Below are positions 21,301 to 35,110 of a stretch of DNA of 64,000 nt, in pieces. A program made the position numbers and the translations under genes. Source of the stretch: Eutreptiella sp. 'Long Island Sound 2002'. Its lineage: Eukaryota > Protista > Euglenida. A model generated the notes under the pieces. That model was not told the DNA's origin. It did not search any database and saw only the letters and a program-made list of their open reading frames with translations. Every line of letters starts with the position of its first letter. The first letter of the stretch is position 1. The stretch is from the NCBI GenBank assembly GCA_964036045.1, contig OZ038378.1:194308001-194372000 (forward strand). Reading direction: 5' to 3'.

Positions 21301-24300
21301 AAGTCTGCAGCCAAGCCTGTGGCTGGAGAATTTTGCTATTTCGACTTGTGCAGTGTCCTTTGTAGGGAAGGTTTGCGGTCCACTCTTGGTGGACTTGGGG
21401 GCTCTTCTAGAGGAGGGTAAATCCGGGTTGAAAGTCAGGATAGTTTCTACAAAAGTAGCGCGCCGGGCAAACACCCCCCCCCCCCCCTTTGGTGCCTCAG
21501 CGGTTTAAGGACTGGTCCAATAGGGGGCCAGTCTTCACACAAGCCTGCGTGTTGAGTTGTGGGATTGGGTTGTGCATGCATGTGCGCTTTTATGCATATT
21601 GTTATCTGCTCCATTAGCTCGAGCTCCCCTGGTCTGTGATCAATCGGGACACGACTGGCACTTTCGATGGGCCTGGAACTGTTCCTTCCAATATTCCTGA
21701 GTTGCATTATTCTTCTTCATTTGCATTTACATCTGAGTTGCTGTATTGGGTGAGCATGCGAATCAATGATTCAAATGTCGCATGTTCATTGGTGCTATTA
21801 GAGTTGTTGCCACATTGGGCTGTGGTTTTGGATTACCCTGTGCAAAGGGGTTTCATACTCATGTAAGTGCCTTTCCCTGAAGGGTGTGCCAAGAACACAC
21901 ATTGTAGGTGGGTTGGCATGGGCTCAAACCCACCTTCTCTGCTTCTTTTTATTATCACAAGATCTGTCAACAGCTCCAGCAGCAGCAAGCTTGGCAGCCA
22001 TCTGTGATGTATGCAACGCCCTCATTCCCACATACCCGGAACAGAACTCAGGAGAAAGTTTGTGGGACGCCCTCAAGGCGTGTCAGTTGCATCCCGCTGC
22101 ATCCCCTGGTGACAGTGTACAAGTCTCAAGTACACGTCCCACCATCCTCTGACGGCATGTGGGTCCTCCACACAGGATAATATATGTTGCATTTTAAGTG
22201 CCACACAGAGCCGGTCCGTCTGACCGAGCACTTATGAGGCACGGGTAAATCTGAGCAAAAAGAAAGTACATGGAACAGAACTCAACTCCTGTAGATTTGA
22301 TTCACTCGCTGTTCTTTCAGAGGCTCATACCCTACCCCCTCCCTCGCGAGGACATTGTCTATGGCGGGGACATTCGGTCAATCAGAACCGACCATTGATC
22401 CCCTCGTGAGGACAGCACCCTTGTCAGAACAATATGGGGTGCTGTTTCTGCAACTTTTGAAACCATTGGCTTTCGTGGCCCCATTTTCTGGTTGTTTATG
22501 AGGTCAAGTTTTTTTTCTTTGATTTGAAGCAAGGAATAGTATTGATTGCTAGGCTGCCACTTGTTGCCCATAGGTAGGATACGTCTTGCCCCATTCTGCT
22601 CCTTGCTTCAGTGCAGAGAATGTATAATGCTTGTTTTTGAGGCCAATTCAGGGTCCGATTCTGATTTTCGTTCAGGGACAGACACCAGGTGTGATGGAGC
22701 CAGCTATGATGAGGTTTCTGAATCAGGTTCTGTGTCCGATTCAAGTTCCTTGTCAAATGCATCTTCCATTTCTTTGAACAGCAGTGGTCAGGCCAGGTGT
22801 TCTGCAGGACAACGGAGGATGCTTTGCTTTGCTCTCATTGCTCATGTCCTAACGGCGCACTCAAACAGCGCCCTTGGCAGATCAGGAGGGCCATTTATTG
22901 TCATTTGGTAACTCCTTCTTTGCATACAAATACTTATTGCTCTGGTGTTGTGCAATGCCACATTTGTTGCTCGTTCTTTGGGGCAAAGAGAGTGCCTTCT
23001 TTCATTTGTAATGACAAAATTGGAGGTGGCACCCAGGGGCACCACTGTTGGTTAGGGGGTCCATATAGAAGAAAAAAGTGGAATGCGACTTGCGTCCGAA
23101 TTGACGTATAGTAGCAGCTACAGGCGAACCAAGTTTGGCCCACCACAATGCTAGCGGACCCAGAGCGGTGCTCTCAGGACCAATATGCATTGGCCAATGA
23201 TTCAGCGTATGCTTGTGTCAGCGTATGCTTGCCTAATGCTTGCGGATATTTCGGTCCTGTAGCCACCAACTCATCCCGCAGCCATGCAATCACACTGAGA
23301 TGCAAAACAATTGGTCTCAGAGATAACACCATTTGGCAGAGGGAGTGGTGATTGCACAAAGCAAACATTGCATATGCTAAAAAGCTAGGGCAACCGTTAC
23401 CACCCCCCACCCCCCCAACTGTGAGCACCAAAAGCGCTGAAAATGATGGAAACACCATCTCGCGCTCCAATTTTAAGCTGTCAACAAGAAGAGGTGCGTT
23501 CAAGAAAGTCCAAGAGCAGATGTCAAGAAGTTGGGAAGCGAATGATGGGATGTTGCATGTAGTTTGGAACAACCATTGGAGCATGGACCCTATGCTCTTG
23601 GCCGTCCCAACGCGCATCTTGTGGTGTGCAAACCCCTGAACAACCACCGCAGCAGCTAGGACCAACGGATTTACTCTAGTAGAAGAAAAAAGGGAGGCCC
23701 GCGTGACCTTACATGCTATACCCTGACAACACCATCCTTTTTGTCCCTTGTACCTTCGATAACGCCACCAACAGGGGCATGGGGAAGGTCTCTCTTCAAG
23801 GTGCCTGGCCGAAGGCAATAGAACTTCTACAACCCCAGAGATCTACACTACTTCTCTTACGGCACCTTTTTTCGGTGGTGGTGTGCACTGTAAGGAGTAC
23901 AGCTTCATGCCTGGTCATGGCCGTACCCCCCCTCCCCCTTGCGCAAGCACGGCCTTGTCTAAGCACAGAGTGGTGAGAACAGTGATTTCCTGCCGGTGGG
24001 ATACCGGGGGTGACGGCCATCGTCGGATTATGGCTAAGCATAGAGTGGGCGTTGAAACGCTGTTTTTAGGAAATTTTGGGACCACTGTTTTTGTCGTCCC
24101 AGATGTAAGATGGGGTTTAAAACCATTCTACCGCACATTACAACCCGTGATTCTTAGCCAGTCCCGATATTCCCCTTCCACAGCCTGTCACTATCTGCAT
24201 CTTCTGGAAATGGGCGGTCATGTGTGTTTGCCATCCTGTGTGTCGCACGCGAGCATAGTGTTGTCTAAGCACCCGGTGGGCGTTGAACCGCTGTTTAGCC

Positions 24301-25336
24301 TGCTTTTTGGGACCACGGCTGTGCTTGCGCAGGGGGCGGGGGTTACATTCAACTAGAACCACTATCCTACAAGACCTTTGGGTATTTGGCCTACAGTCTG
24401 TAATCCTGCTCCTTCGCGGGGCAATACATAGTTGATGGCTTAGCCGACATCAGTGGTCAGGGCTGTTTGCCACTCTAGCACGCGGCCATGGTGCAGCCCT
24501 AGTGTAGCAAGGAATCCCCACTGTTCGGGACTGTATGATGCCAATGTACAGGTCAAGCGTCAGATGATTGTGAAAATTGCACCACCTTGGAAAGCAGTTT
24601 TACGCTGCAGGTCTGTGGAACTTTCTGCGTTGGTTGCAGCCATGCATTGTTGCACATTGGTGTGTTGTCCAATGTATCATGGGTCACACCACTAGGCACT
24701 TTGGAAGTGCACTCCAACCCTTTGACCGTGCACCCAATGAGGAAATCATTGCACTGCAGTTGACAACCACCTTTCCTGGGCATTTCTCCAATATAAACCT
24801 GCAAGATCTGCCCCACCAAACTCAAGCCCCAACCTGCCCAAGAGCGAAATGCACACTTGAACAAGTACAGGAGACAAGGAGACAGTGGCCGCTTTCAGCA
24901 TATCCCTGAGTCCGAACCCAGATACAAGCCATGTTTTTTATGTGTTCGGGGGAGCGTTAGTGCGCCAGGCCCACGCCAGGCATCTTTTTTGACCCGTGCC
25001 CCACCGGTGACCTTTTAGGGGGTGCGCACTAAGTGCAGTGCGCGCGCAGTGCAACTATTTGGACATCTAGCCATCCTAGAACCCCATACTTTGTGATACC
25101 TGCAAGATCTGCCCCACCAAACTCAAGCCCCAACCTGCTCAAGAGCCAAATGCACACTTGAACAAGTACAGGAGGCAAGGAGACAGTGGCCGCTTTCAGC
25201 ATATCCCTGAGGCAAACCCCAGATACAAGCAATGTTTTTTTCGTGTTGCATGCATTTGTGGGTTGAACGAAGTTGCTGCACAACATTTGCACATGTTGTC
25301 TCCAGTTCTCATAAGAGCTTATTTCTTGACGCACCG

Positions 25337-26569
25337 ATGTCGACTCGCTCAGCCACGCATTCCATGGCCAGTGACCTCATGTTGGCACAAGAGTACTGTT
25401 TCTGGAGAGACAACTACGAGGTGGTGATTGTGAAGAATAGACGCCGAAAGTCGTCGCAGCGCACTGAGCTGGTGCAGTTGAATCGCGTCACCTCATGGGG
25501 CGCGTACCAAGCAAGCGTAATCATGCACATGGCCCAGACCCCACAGAACGGCAGTCTGCACATCTTTCGCAAGGGAATCGCCCCAGAGTACGAAGATCCT
25601 TTGAATCGGAATGGCGGTCTCTTTAAGCTGACGGTTCAAGCCACAAGTTGTGCTGCGGATGCGTTCACAGCGCTGTGCGGTTCCTTCGTGCTGGGGCACC
25701 TCCCGAACCACGTGGCAGTGAATGGGGTAACATTTGCCAAAAAGGGGACGAGTTGTGGTCTGAAGGTGTGGGTTGGGAGCAGGGCCAAGCAGGTGGTGGC
25801 CCACGTTCAGGAGTGGTTCACGAAAGAATTGGATGGCTTCATCTCGTCCTGTCTGTTCTGCCCCATTGTGTCGCTGCTGACCTCCATTCAGAAGAAGCAA
25901 GCTGCACTGTGTGTGCCACCACAGCCCATCCAGCAACCACAAGGCCCAAACCCTAGAGACGCCATCGGGATCCTCAAGGTACCACCACCACCCCCAGTGA
26001 TGATGCCCGCAGTCACCACCACAGGCAACATGGGAATCATCCCTTGGGACTTGGTGCAACAGCCGGATGTCGCTGGCAGCCCAAGCCTGTTTCTTCTCAA
26101 CGAAGCATCGTTCTCGAGTGATGGTAGCGACCCTGACACGGCTGCGTCTGGTAGATCCCTGGGATACAGCAGTCAGGCCTCCACTTCCGACGTCAATGAC
26201 CGAGCACGCGATTCGCAGCTGTTGTCGCTGTCCCGAGACGAGTGTATACTGGAGCAGGCCGTTGAAGAATGTGTACAGGATGTCCAACAAATGGAGGCAT
26301 CGGGTCCTCAGGTGCCTGCCGCGCTTTCAGTCGTCCACAATGTGTTTGAGGATGATGCCATGAGGTGCCTGATGAGCAGGTCTCGGTACTCACAAGCCTG
26401 GGCTGTAGAAGCAGCGGACGCCGTGAGAAAGCGGCTGCAAGCCACCGCAGAGCGGTGCCGTGCATTTCCTCGCGATTTTATGGAAGTGCGGGTCGTGCAA
26501 ACCTCTCCGCAAGCCCCATGCCGTACATGCTCTGACGATTCTGACGAATGTATGGGCAGATGGGGATAG
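25337..26569 (+). CDS. eIF4E-like protein copy 3 (GIAPEYEDPL allele)
   Basis: Intact frame, near-identical to copy 2. Confidence 0.85.
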   Translation: MSTRSATHSMASDLMLAQEYCFWRDNYEVVIVKNRRRKSSQRTELVQLNRVTSWGAYQASVIMHMAQTPQNGSLHIFRKGIAPEYEDPLNRNGGLFKLTVQATSCAADAFTALCGSFVLGHLPNHVAVNGVTFAKKGTSCGLKVWVGSRAKQVVAHVQEWFTKELDGFISSCLFCPIVSLLTSIQKKQAALCVPPQPIQQPQGPNPRDAIGILKVPPPPPVMMPAVTTTGNMGIIPWDLVQQPDVAGSPSLFLLNEASFSSDGSDPDTAASGRSLGYSSQASTSDVNDRARDSQLLSLSRDECILEQAVEECVQDVQQMEASGPQVPAALSVVHNVFEDDAMRCLMSRSRYSQAWAVEAADAVRKRLQATAERCRAFPRDFMEVRVVQTSPQAPCRTCSDDSDECMGRWG

Positions 26570-27636
26570 TGCAAATCAGCGATGGATTTAATTTTGGCGC
26601 TACTCTGGGGTCCGGGTCCGGGGCCGGGGGGGGGGGGGGGGCGGTCAGTTTTTGTGACTGGTCACAAAAAACATACAGGGCCATAGTGAGAAAGTGCGGC
26701 CCCGAAAAAATCTTGTGACCAAAAAGGTTGTCTTCGGTAGAATGTCTCCTGCGTCTGGCTGTAGTGCAAATTGACCGTGACTGTGTCTGCTTGCACTTTT
26801 GCTCCTCCTTTGCATCTATCACTACCAGTTCATCTAGTGACAGTGGCAGCGATAGTGGCACTGGCAGCGGCAGTGACAAGTGACAGTGATGGTAGCTGCA
26901 GGGAGCAAGACAATTTTGTCACTGTGAGTGATGATAGTGAATGACATTGAGACATTGAATGACATTGAATGACGTTAACAATGTTGCATCCACAGGGCCC
27001 TATGCTTATCATGAGTGCTGTTGCATCCCCCCCCACCCCCACCCATGTACATGTATGGGCTGAGGGCTGCCCCAAACCCCTGGTTTTAGGTCACCTTTTT
27101 TTGTGACCAGATATCTTGACCTTTTTCATGACCAAGGGGGGGGGTTGGTGAGGGACCCCGGACCCCCCCCCCCCCAGTTAGATCCAACCCTGGTGCAAAT
27201 GCGGCTGCAAGCCTGTGGGCATATATGGGCCTGTGGGCATGTGCTGCTTTGCATGAAGGGGGCAGGTTTGTGCCTGTGGCATCGCTTGGCTTGAGGTACT
27301 GTTACACAATGTATGCATATCCTCTGTTGATGGCAACCACATGTTTCTCATGCATTGCAGGATGGCAATCCTTCCTTTTTGTGCACAAATGGTGCGAGAC
27401 CACCATTGCTCCTGCACCATGCAAGGGGGGCAGCCGGCATCCTCTTTTGTGGATGTTCCATCTGCTTTTGGACCGTGGCCCTGCCCTGACTGCCAAGCAG
27501 AAACCCGCCAGTGACCCTGATCCTGTGGAATCTGAACCCTTAAGGGTTCCGTTACAACAGCACCCTCAGCCGCAGGCAGGACGCACAAGGGATGTCCCAA
27601 CTGGGCACTACTTCCACACGGCATCCCCCAAGCAAA

Positions 27637-28573
27637 GGGGGTATCGTGCGCTGTGCGCGCGCTGTGCGCGCTTTGCGAAAAGTAGGCCATTTTCCACCAC
27701 CGGTAGGCAGTTTTTTGGGTGTAGGATTGCCGCAGGGTACTATTGCCGTTGTGTGTCCTTGTAGCATCAACCCTCCCCCTTCTTGCATGTATGTACCCTT
27801 GCAAACGGGCACCCTGAGGCCGGTATATGGTGATACATTCTCAGGGTGTTTGCTGCGGGGCATCATCTTTTGCTCTCAGTTCTCAGACCCTCTATTGCAC
27901 TCACCATGGACTTTAATGTTGGAGATAGGGTGTTCTACACTCGCTCCAATGGGATGCGAGTTCCTGCCACAGTGGTGGGGTTTGCGCCCTACGGCTTACT
28001 CCACTCGGAGTATTTCCAAGACGCGGTGAAGGTGGTGAATCGGCAGCGCAAAGTTGAGTCCATCTCCTTTGCCATCCCGAGTGCCGACCACCGCCCCCCT
28101 CCACACGCAGCCCTTCGCCCCCACCCGACGATCGGAGAAGGAGTCCATCAAAATCGGCAACTCCATCACCCCGTGCAAAGCCGCGCGCCCCCAAGACTAC
28201 AAAACGGTCTCGGGAGGGTGGTAAGCAGCTCGCTGCCACCATGAAGATCTTGAAGGGTGGGCTGAGTTCGTTAATTTCGGAAGATTGGAAGGAAGTTCTT
28301 GAATGGCTGCTGAAGCGGAAGGAGGACACGGGCAAGATGAAGTGGGATGACGCCGCTTGGCATTTCTTACCACGATGGGGAATTGCTGACAGCAACGACC
28401 CACAGTGGGATGCCTGGCGGCGGTGGATAATTCTGAGAACACGACACATTTGAATTTCGGACTTTTGAATTGCTCATGCATGCTTCTAGAGGTGGCAGGT
28501 TTTCAGGCTGGCTGTTACCGGGATAAACACCGTAATAACTGGCGCTGTGCGCGCGCTGTGCGAAAACGCCCCC
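27637..28573 (+). mobile_element. 937-bp G5/C5 element with AAA TSD and decayed coding cargo
   Basis: The empty site AGCAAAGGGCAGCC (near 4315) becomes AGCAAA|GGGGGTATC...AACGCCCCC|AAAGGGCAGCC. GCGCTGTGCGCGCGCTGTGCG occurs in direct orientation at both ends. Confidence 0.85.
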
Positions 28574-28654
28574 AAAGGGCAGCCAGGAGGATGTGGCGCC
28601 GCATTCGTGACAAGGGGAGCGGTATGTCTGCATCAATGAGGTCTGGAACACGGA

Positions 28655-29255
28655 TTATACCCCGACCAGTGGGTTGACTGCCAGAGTCACTCTGTTTTAC
28701 AATAAAGGGCCTCCCTTTTCCTGCACTGAGCTGTAGACCAATACCGGTATCTTCTTGCATACACCTATAGATTTATGCATAGGCGTTTTACAAAGTTGCC
28801 CCTGCAATTCTTATCACATCCTTTACGGTCAGCAGTGTCTCCACACGAGGCTGGCAGCTGCAAGGGACGCACAACATTTGCACAAGTACTGACGCTTTGG
28901 ACGACCTTGCTTACACAAGCGATCCCACAAAATTTGTTGGCTGACGTCAAAACCTTTACCAGCACCCCTCATGCCGCTTTCCTACAGGCACCATCCTGTA
29001 TTGCAACACCCCCCAGCCACCCCCCTCGCCAGCCCCTACTGATGCACTCCTAGCATGTTTATCAGATATCCTACAACAAATGCAGCAGCTTCACGTACCC
29101 AGTGAACCGTGGTCTCAGGGCTGGGTACTTCCTATCCCACGCCCCATTTACAAGGGCATTGATTTTTCAAATGTCCCAGTTGTTTGTCCACGTTGACGAT
29201 AATACTATTGTGGCTGCATCCTAGGCCCAGTTGCAAGCTGCCCTCTATACCGAGT
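28655..29255 (+). pseudogene. RT relic, copy 3a
   Basis: Near-identical to 4395-4988. Confidence 0.8.
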
Positions 29256-29964
29256 GCATGCTTTGGACCCCCAAATATGAGCGCTGATTCTTGCACCGGA
29301 AAGGACATTCCATCCCAAATAGGACACTATTCCGTGCAGTTTGCGTCTCGTCCCGCCCCATTGGCTCCACGAGGCATGTATCACAGCATGCGCCTGGAAG
29401 TACAGGACTGCCATGGATCAACGTGCCCGCCCTGTGTGCAACTGCAACAGGGCCTGTGGTTCTGATGTCACTGTCCCTTCCCTCCACAGGCCTTGCCATG
29501 CCTCAAATGCCCCTTACCCCGGGCCCGGGTGCCACCACACATGTCCCCCCCCCCCCCAATGCCCCACCAAACATAACCGTCTTGAAACAAGCACATGGCT
29601 GTTGCATGGTTTGGAAGAGAAGGTCTGTCTGATCTGTGCGTTCGAACCTGATTGTGGTGGTGTTGATGGATCGCCTCGTTGGGCATATGGTTGAATGATG
29701 AAATGTTTGTGTCTGCTGGTCAACAAACTTTTAAATTCAAGGGAACACATCTCATAGGAGGTCGGCTGAAGAAGTGGAAGCAGCACATATTGGGAGAGCT
29801 CTGACTGGTGCACTGAACACAGGATTGATGCCCTCCTCCTCCTCCAATGCCAAAGGGAGAGGGGGCTTCCTTTGCATCTCAGTTTTGCTCCGTCACTGAG
29901 GATGACAAGTTGGCGCAGACCCCTTACCAAACTGTTAAATGCCGAAAACACACACAGTATATGC

Positions 29965-30441
29965 TTTTTACAAAGTTGCCCCTGCAATTCTTATAACATC
30001 CTTTATGGTCAGCAGTGTCTCCACACGAGGCTGGCAGCTGCAAGGGACACACAACATTTGCACAAGTACTGACGCTTTGGACGACCTTGCTTACACAAGC
30101 GATCCCACAATATGTGTGTATTTGTTGGCTGACGTCAAAGCCTTTACCAGCACCCCTCATGCCGCTTTCCTACAGGCACCATCCTGTATTGCAACACCCC
30201 CCAGCCACCCCCCTCGCCAGCCCCTACTGATGCACTCCTAGCATGTTTATCAGATATCCTACAACAAATGCAGCGGCTTCACGTACCCAGTGAACCGTGG
30301 TCTCAGGGCTGGGTACTTCCTATCCCACGCCCCATTTACAAGGGCATTGATTTTTCAAATGTCCCAGTTGTTTGTCCACGTTGACGATAATACTATTGTG
30401 GCTGCATCCCAGGCCCAGTTGCAAGCTGCCCTCTATACCGA
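29965..30441 (+). pseudogene. RT relic, copy 3b
   Basis: Near-identical to 5701-6193. Confidence 0.8.
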
Positions 30442-31155
30442 GTGCATGTTTTGGACCCCCAAATATGAGCGCTGATTCTTGCACCGGAAAGGACATTCCA
30501 TCCCAAATAGGACACTATTCCGTGCAGTTTGCGTCTCGTCCCGCCCCATTGGCTCCACGAGGCATGTATCACAGCATGCGCCTGGAAGTACAGGACTGCC
30601 ATGGATCAACGTGCCCGCCCTGTGTGCAACTGCAACAGGGCCTGTGGTTCTGATGTCACTGTCCCTTCCCTCCACAGGCCTTGCCATGCCTCAAATGCCC
30701 CTTACCCCGGGCCCGGGTGCCACCACACATGCCCCCCCCCCCCCCCCCAATGCCCCACCAACCATAACCGTCTTGAAACAAGCACATGGCTGTTGCATGG
30801 TTTGGAAGAGAAGGTCTGTCTGATCTGTGCGTTCGAACCTGATTGCGGTGGTGTTGATGGATCGCCTCGTTGGGCATATGGTTGAATGATGAAATGTTTG
30901 TGTCTGCTGGTCAACAAGCTTTTAAATTCAAGGGAACACATCTCATAGGAGGTCGGCTGAAGAAGTTGAAGCAGCACACATCGGGAGAGCTCCGACTGGT
31001 GCACTGAACACAGGATTGATGCCCTCCTCCTCCTCCAATGCCAAAGGGAGAGGGGGCTTCCTTTGCATCTCAGTTTTGCTCCGTCACTGAGGATGACAAG
31101 TTGGCGCAGACCCCTTACTAAACTGTTAAATGCCGAAAACACACACAGTATATGC

Positions 31156-31648
31156 TTTTTACAAAGGTGCCCCTGCAATTCTTATAACATCCTTTACGGT
31201 CAGCAGTGTCTCCACACGAGGCGGGCAGCTGCAAGGGACACACAACATTTGCACAAGTACTGACGCTTTGGACGACCTTGCTTACACAAGCGATCCCACA
31301 ATATGTGTGTATTTGTTGGCTGACGTCAAAGCCTTTACCAGCACCCCTCATGCCGCTTTCCTACAGGCACCATCCTGTATTGCAACACCCCCCAGCCACC
31401 CCCCTCGCCAGCCCCTACTGATGCACTCCTAGCATGTTTATCAGATATCCTACAACAAATGCAGCGGCTTCACGTACCCAGTGAACCGTGGTCTCAGGGC
31501 TGGGTACTTCCTATCCCACGCCCCATTCGCTTTGGCGCGCCTCACAAGGGCATTGATTTTTCAAACGTTACAGTTGTTTGTCCACGTTGACGACAATACT
31601 ATTGTGGCTGCATCCCAGGCCCAGTTGCAAGCTGCCCTCTATACTGAG
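31156..31648 (+). pseudogene. RT relic, copy 3c (third tandem repeat, found only in array copy 3)
   Basis: Near-identical to 5701-6193. Confidence 0.8.
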
Positions 31649-34279
31649 TGCATGTTTTGGACCCCCAAATATGAGCTCTGATTCTTCTCACCCTCTACCT
31701 CTCCTCTGCTGCTGAATCATCTGAAAGGGACATTGCAATCCAATTGAAAACTGCTTCCTTCCCCTGCATCTGTGGGATCAGTATCCTGCTCAGCTTTGTG
31801 TGGTATGAAATGCACTTCAGCTTTCCCCACTGGGAAAGTGGACACTTGTGCAGTACTGCAGGCTTTGCATCAAGGAGTTGTCATGCTTTACCTTCCCTTC
31901 ATCGGCATATGTTGGGGCGAGTCCGCGGGTGCTAGGACACCAACTACCCCTGCCGCCCCCACCTGCCCAACCCCCCCCCCCCCCCTGGCGCTTTTGGCCA
32001 GGCGCCTTTGGCCAACAGTTAGTGAAATAAGCCCTTTTTGAGCCCATTGCAAGCCATTTTGGCCACTCCAAAGTCACAAAACGCCTTGAAAATGGGCTGT
32101 TTTGGGACCAAAAATCAGTCAAAAATGGATCAAAAATGTGCTTTTCCAAAGATATATTTGGACCACTTGGGGTGCCTAAACAAGTGGAATGAGCCCATTT
32201 TCAGACCATGATGAACCATTTTGGCCCCTCTCAAGGCCGAAAGGGCCTTGAATATGGGCCAATCTGGGACCACAAATGGCTCAAAAACAGGTCAAAACCA
32301 TGGTTTTCCAAAAATAATCCTAGTCCAGTTGTGGTGCCCAAACGGATGAACACAGCTCGTTTTGAGCCCCTTTTGAGCTGCTCTCATCCACTTTCCAGTG
32401 CGTACCTCATTTGTCGTTGAAGTCTCCTAGACGATGTTCCATCCCCCACCAGCTCGGTCCCAATATTCAATCCTGGTATGGTTAGAGAGAGGGCAAGGGG
32501 AGGTAAGGGGAGCCTGTGATGGACCAACGCTTGGCCTTGGGGGCATGTACCCCCCAAATTGCCCCACCTGGACCCCCCTCCCCCAACCAACCCTCCCGGA
32601 CTCCCCCGCTCTTGGGCAAAAGCCTCCCCAGATCCCCCCTTCCCTAGCCGCCCCCCCCCCCCCCCCCAGGGGGCCTCCTACCAACGGTTAGTTGGGGGGG
32701 TAGTTGGCATCCAGAACCGAGGGGTCCCCCCCCAGGTCAATATGGGTGGCAAAGTGGTGGTGTAGCTGTAATTCCATGTCCTCTTGTGTTCTGGGGTGTA
32801 TGCTGGCCTGTTGCTTTGTATTGTCATGTTTTGAGGCTCGGGTTGGCTTATGTTTGCAACATGTGTTCTGTGTTACATGCCTCGTGGTAACACGGGCTGG
32901 TCCAAACACGGCGACCCCATGTTTCCGCATTTTTGCCCATTGAACAAGGACCCGACCTGTGTTAGGACAGTGGGTGACACTTGTGCATGGCCAGAATTGA
33001 CTGGGTTATCATGAGGGCCCCCATGTGCCTTGACCATAAAAACCACCCAGCTCCCCCCTTGGGCCGAAATCCCAACCCCCACCCCCCAATCCCTTGAAGG
33101 TTTACCAACCTGTGTCACAATTGCAATTGCCCTGCATGCATGCCATGCATGCCTGCCTGTGTTTGGCAAAACGCTCAGACTTTACAATGTATCCTCCCAT
33201 TCCGCCCCCCCCAAAAAAATATTAAAGCTAACAGAATTGCCCCCCCTCCCCACGCCCCAGCAATCATTCTGCCAGCTTGCCGGGGTTTGTTGTGGCCCTC
33301 AGTCCCCATGTACTGTTGAATTTAGGTTAGAGGTCTTGGCGGACACCAGCGCCAGACTGTACATACGCAGATGTTTGACATTGATCTGAATCATCAGTGG
33401 AACTGCCGAACATTGCTGTATATGCATACCAGGACGTGCATGTGTGGAGCGCTTTGTTGACCTGCATGCGGCCCCTGCCCCAGCCGGAATGGACAATCAT
33501 GCGCCCCCACCCCAGCCCCCCAAACAATATTCCCCTCCCCCCGGCCCGGAGCGGACAACCATGGCCCGGCCATTTTCGACCAAATCTTGGACCAAATCTT
33601 TTCTGCTCCAAGAGCACACTGGGAAGCCCACGGGCGTGGTGGTTCCTGCTGCATAACCTGGAGTCAGAGCCAGATCAGACTAGCGCAAGTGATGTTCCAC
33701 CCCCCTCCCCCCCCACCATCGTTTTCAAAGCACCTCTTCACCTTGACAACCCTAGAATGGTGCATTTCTGCAAACTGCAAATTGTCATTTACTGCGTTAA
33801 ATGATTGGTTTCCAGTGCGCACCTTCTCTGGTCTGTAATCCATTCAATGAGCCAGAAACTGTTTCTTCTGTCATTCCTGGGGTGCATAGTTTCTCTTCAT
33901 TTCCATTGACATGCAAGTGTGCAGGCTCTTTGCAGGATTGTAATTCCACAACGTGCGTCAGAGCTTCCTCCACCTGTCAGTCCATTGTCGGGATGGTTCT
34001 GTGGGGAGTGAGTGAGCTCTTATATTATTTTTATTATTCTTATTGTCAGAAGTATAAGAATAATAATTACATGACATGGAGGCGTGCAGCAGACCCAATG
34101 ACCAGAGAGCACAATGGGCAATCAAACGCCCACGCACATGGGGGACATAACCCCACCAGGGACGCCAGGAAAGTTTTTCCCGGTTTTCTCATGACAGAAA
34201 TTTTCCACATCAACAGATTTCATTTCACGGGGGGGCCGCCTTATCTTATGCCATATTTGTCAGGGTATGAAGCCTGCCC

Positions 34280-35110
34280 CCCGCCCCCCCCCTTTCTTGG
34301 CAGCCCCCCCTTCCCCACCCCCCCCCACCCAGCCCCCCCCCCCTTTCTTGGCAGCCCCCCCCCTTTGTTGCGCCGCCGGAACCGCATCTCCTCCTCATAT
34401 TCCTCCTCAGCGAGGAATCGAACCTTCATCTTCAGGGAAGCGGCTGGCTGCATTGCCGCTGCGGTACACGACCAAAAGCCCGCATTATGCACCCTTGCTC
34501 ACAGGAACGCTCTGTCTGAATGGATGGTATGAACCAGAGGCTGGGCCTGCGGCCCCCTCACAGCCACGTTATGGCCACAGTGTCTGTAGTTATATGAATG
34601 AGATTGAGCCTAACACACACACACACCACTGAGCCTCTCTCTATGAGTGCTGACGGACGACATGACAGGTTGGCCGATTGAGAGCCAGCGTACCGCAAGC
34701 CTGTCCAGCCGCCTGTGGACCTCAACCCCCCAGTACGTTAACATGCAGGCTAGAGGTTTTGGCCGACAAAACACGGCCAGAAAAGGGTAACTAGGCAAAC
34801 ATCAGTGCAACCTGTACATACGCAAAAGTGCTCCTGGAACCAACGTATCAATGGAACTGCCGAACATTGCTGCATATGCATACCAGGACGTGCATGTGTG
34901 GAGCGCTTTGTTGGCCTGCTTGCGGCCCCCCCCTTTCTTGGCAGCCCCCCCTTCCCCACCCCCCCCACCCAGCCCCCCCCCCCCTTTCTTGGCAGCCCCC
35001 CCCCTTTGTTGGCAGCCCCCCTTCCCCCCCCCCCCAGACCCAGCCCCCCCCCCCCCCCCTCTTCTTGGCAGCCCCCCTTCCCCCCCAGACCCAGCCCCCC
35101 CCCTCCCCCC
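34280..35110. repeat. C-rich minisatellite CCCTTTCTTGGCAGCCCCCC in two clusters (34280-34365, 34925-35110)
   Basis: About six copies separated by C-runs. The minus strand is a dense G-run tract. Confidence 0.9.
34405..34473 (-). ncRNA. tRNA-derived (SINE-head-like) sequence with Pol III A and B boxes
   Basis: The minus strand reads GGTCGTG-TACCGCAGCGG-...-GGTTCGATTCC-TCGCTGAGG. The A-box-like motif starts at position 8 and the B box is perfect, but the acceptor stem does not pair, so this is not a functional tRNA. Confidence 0.6.
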
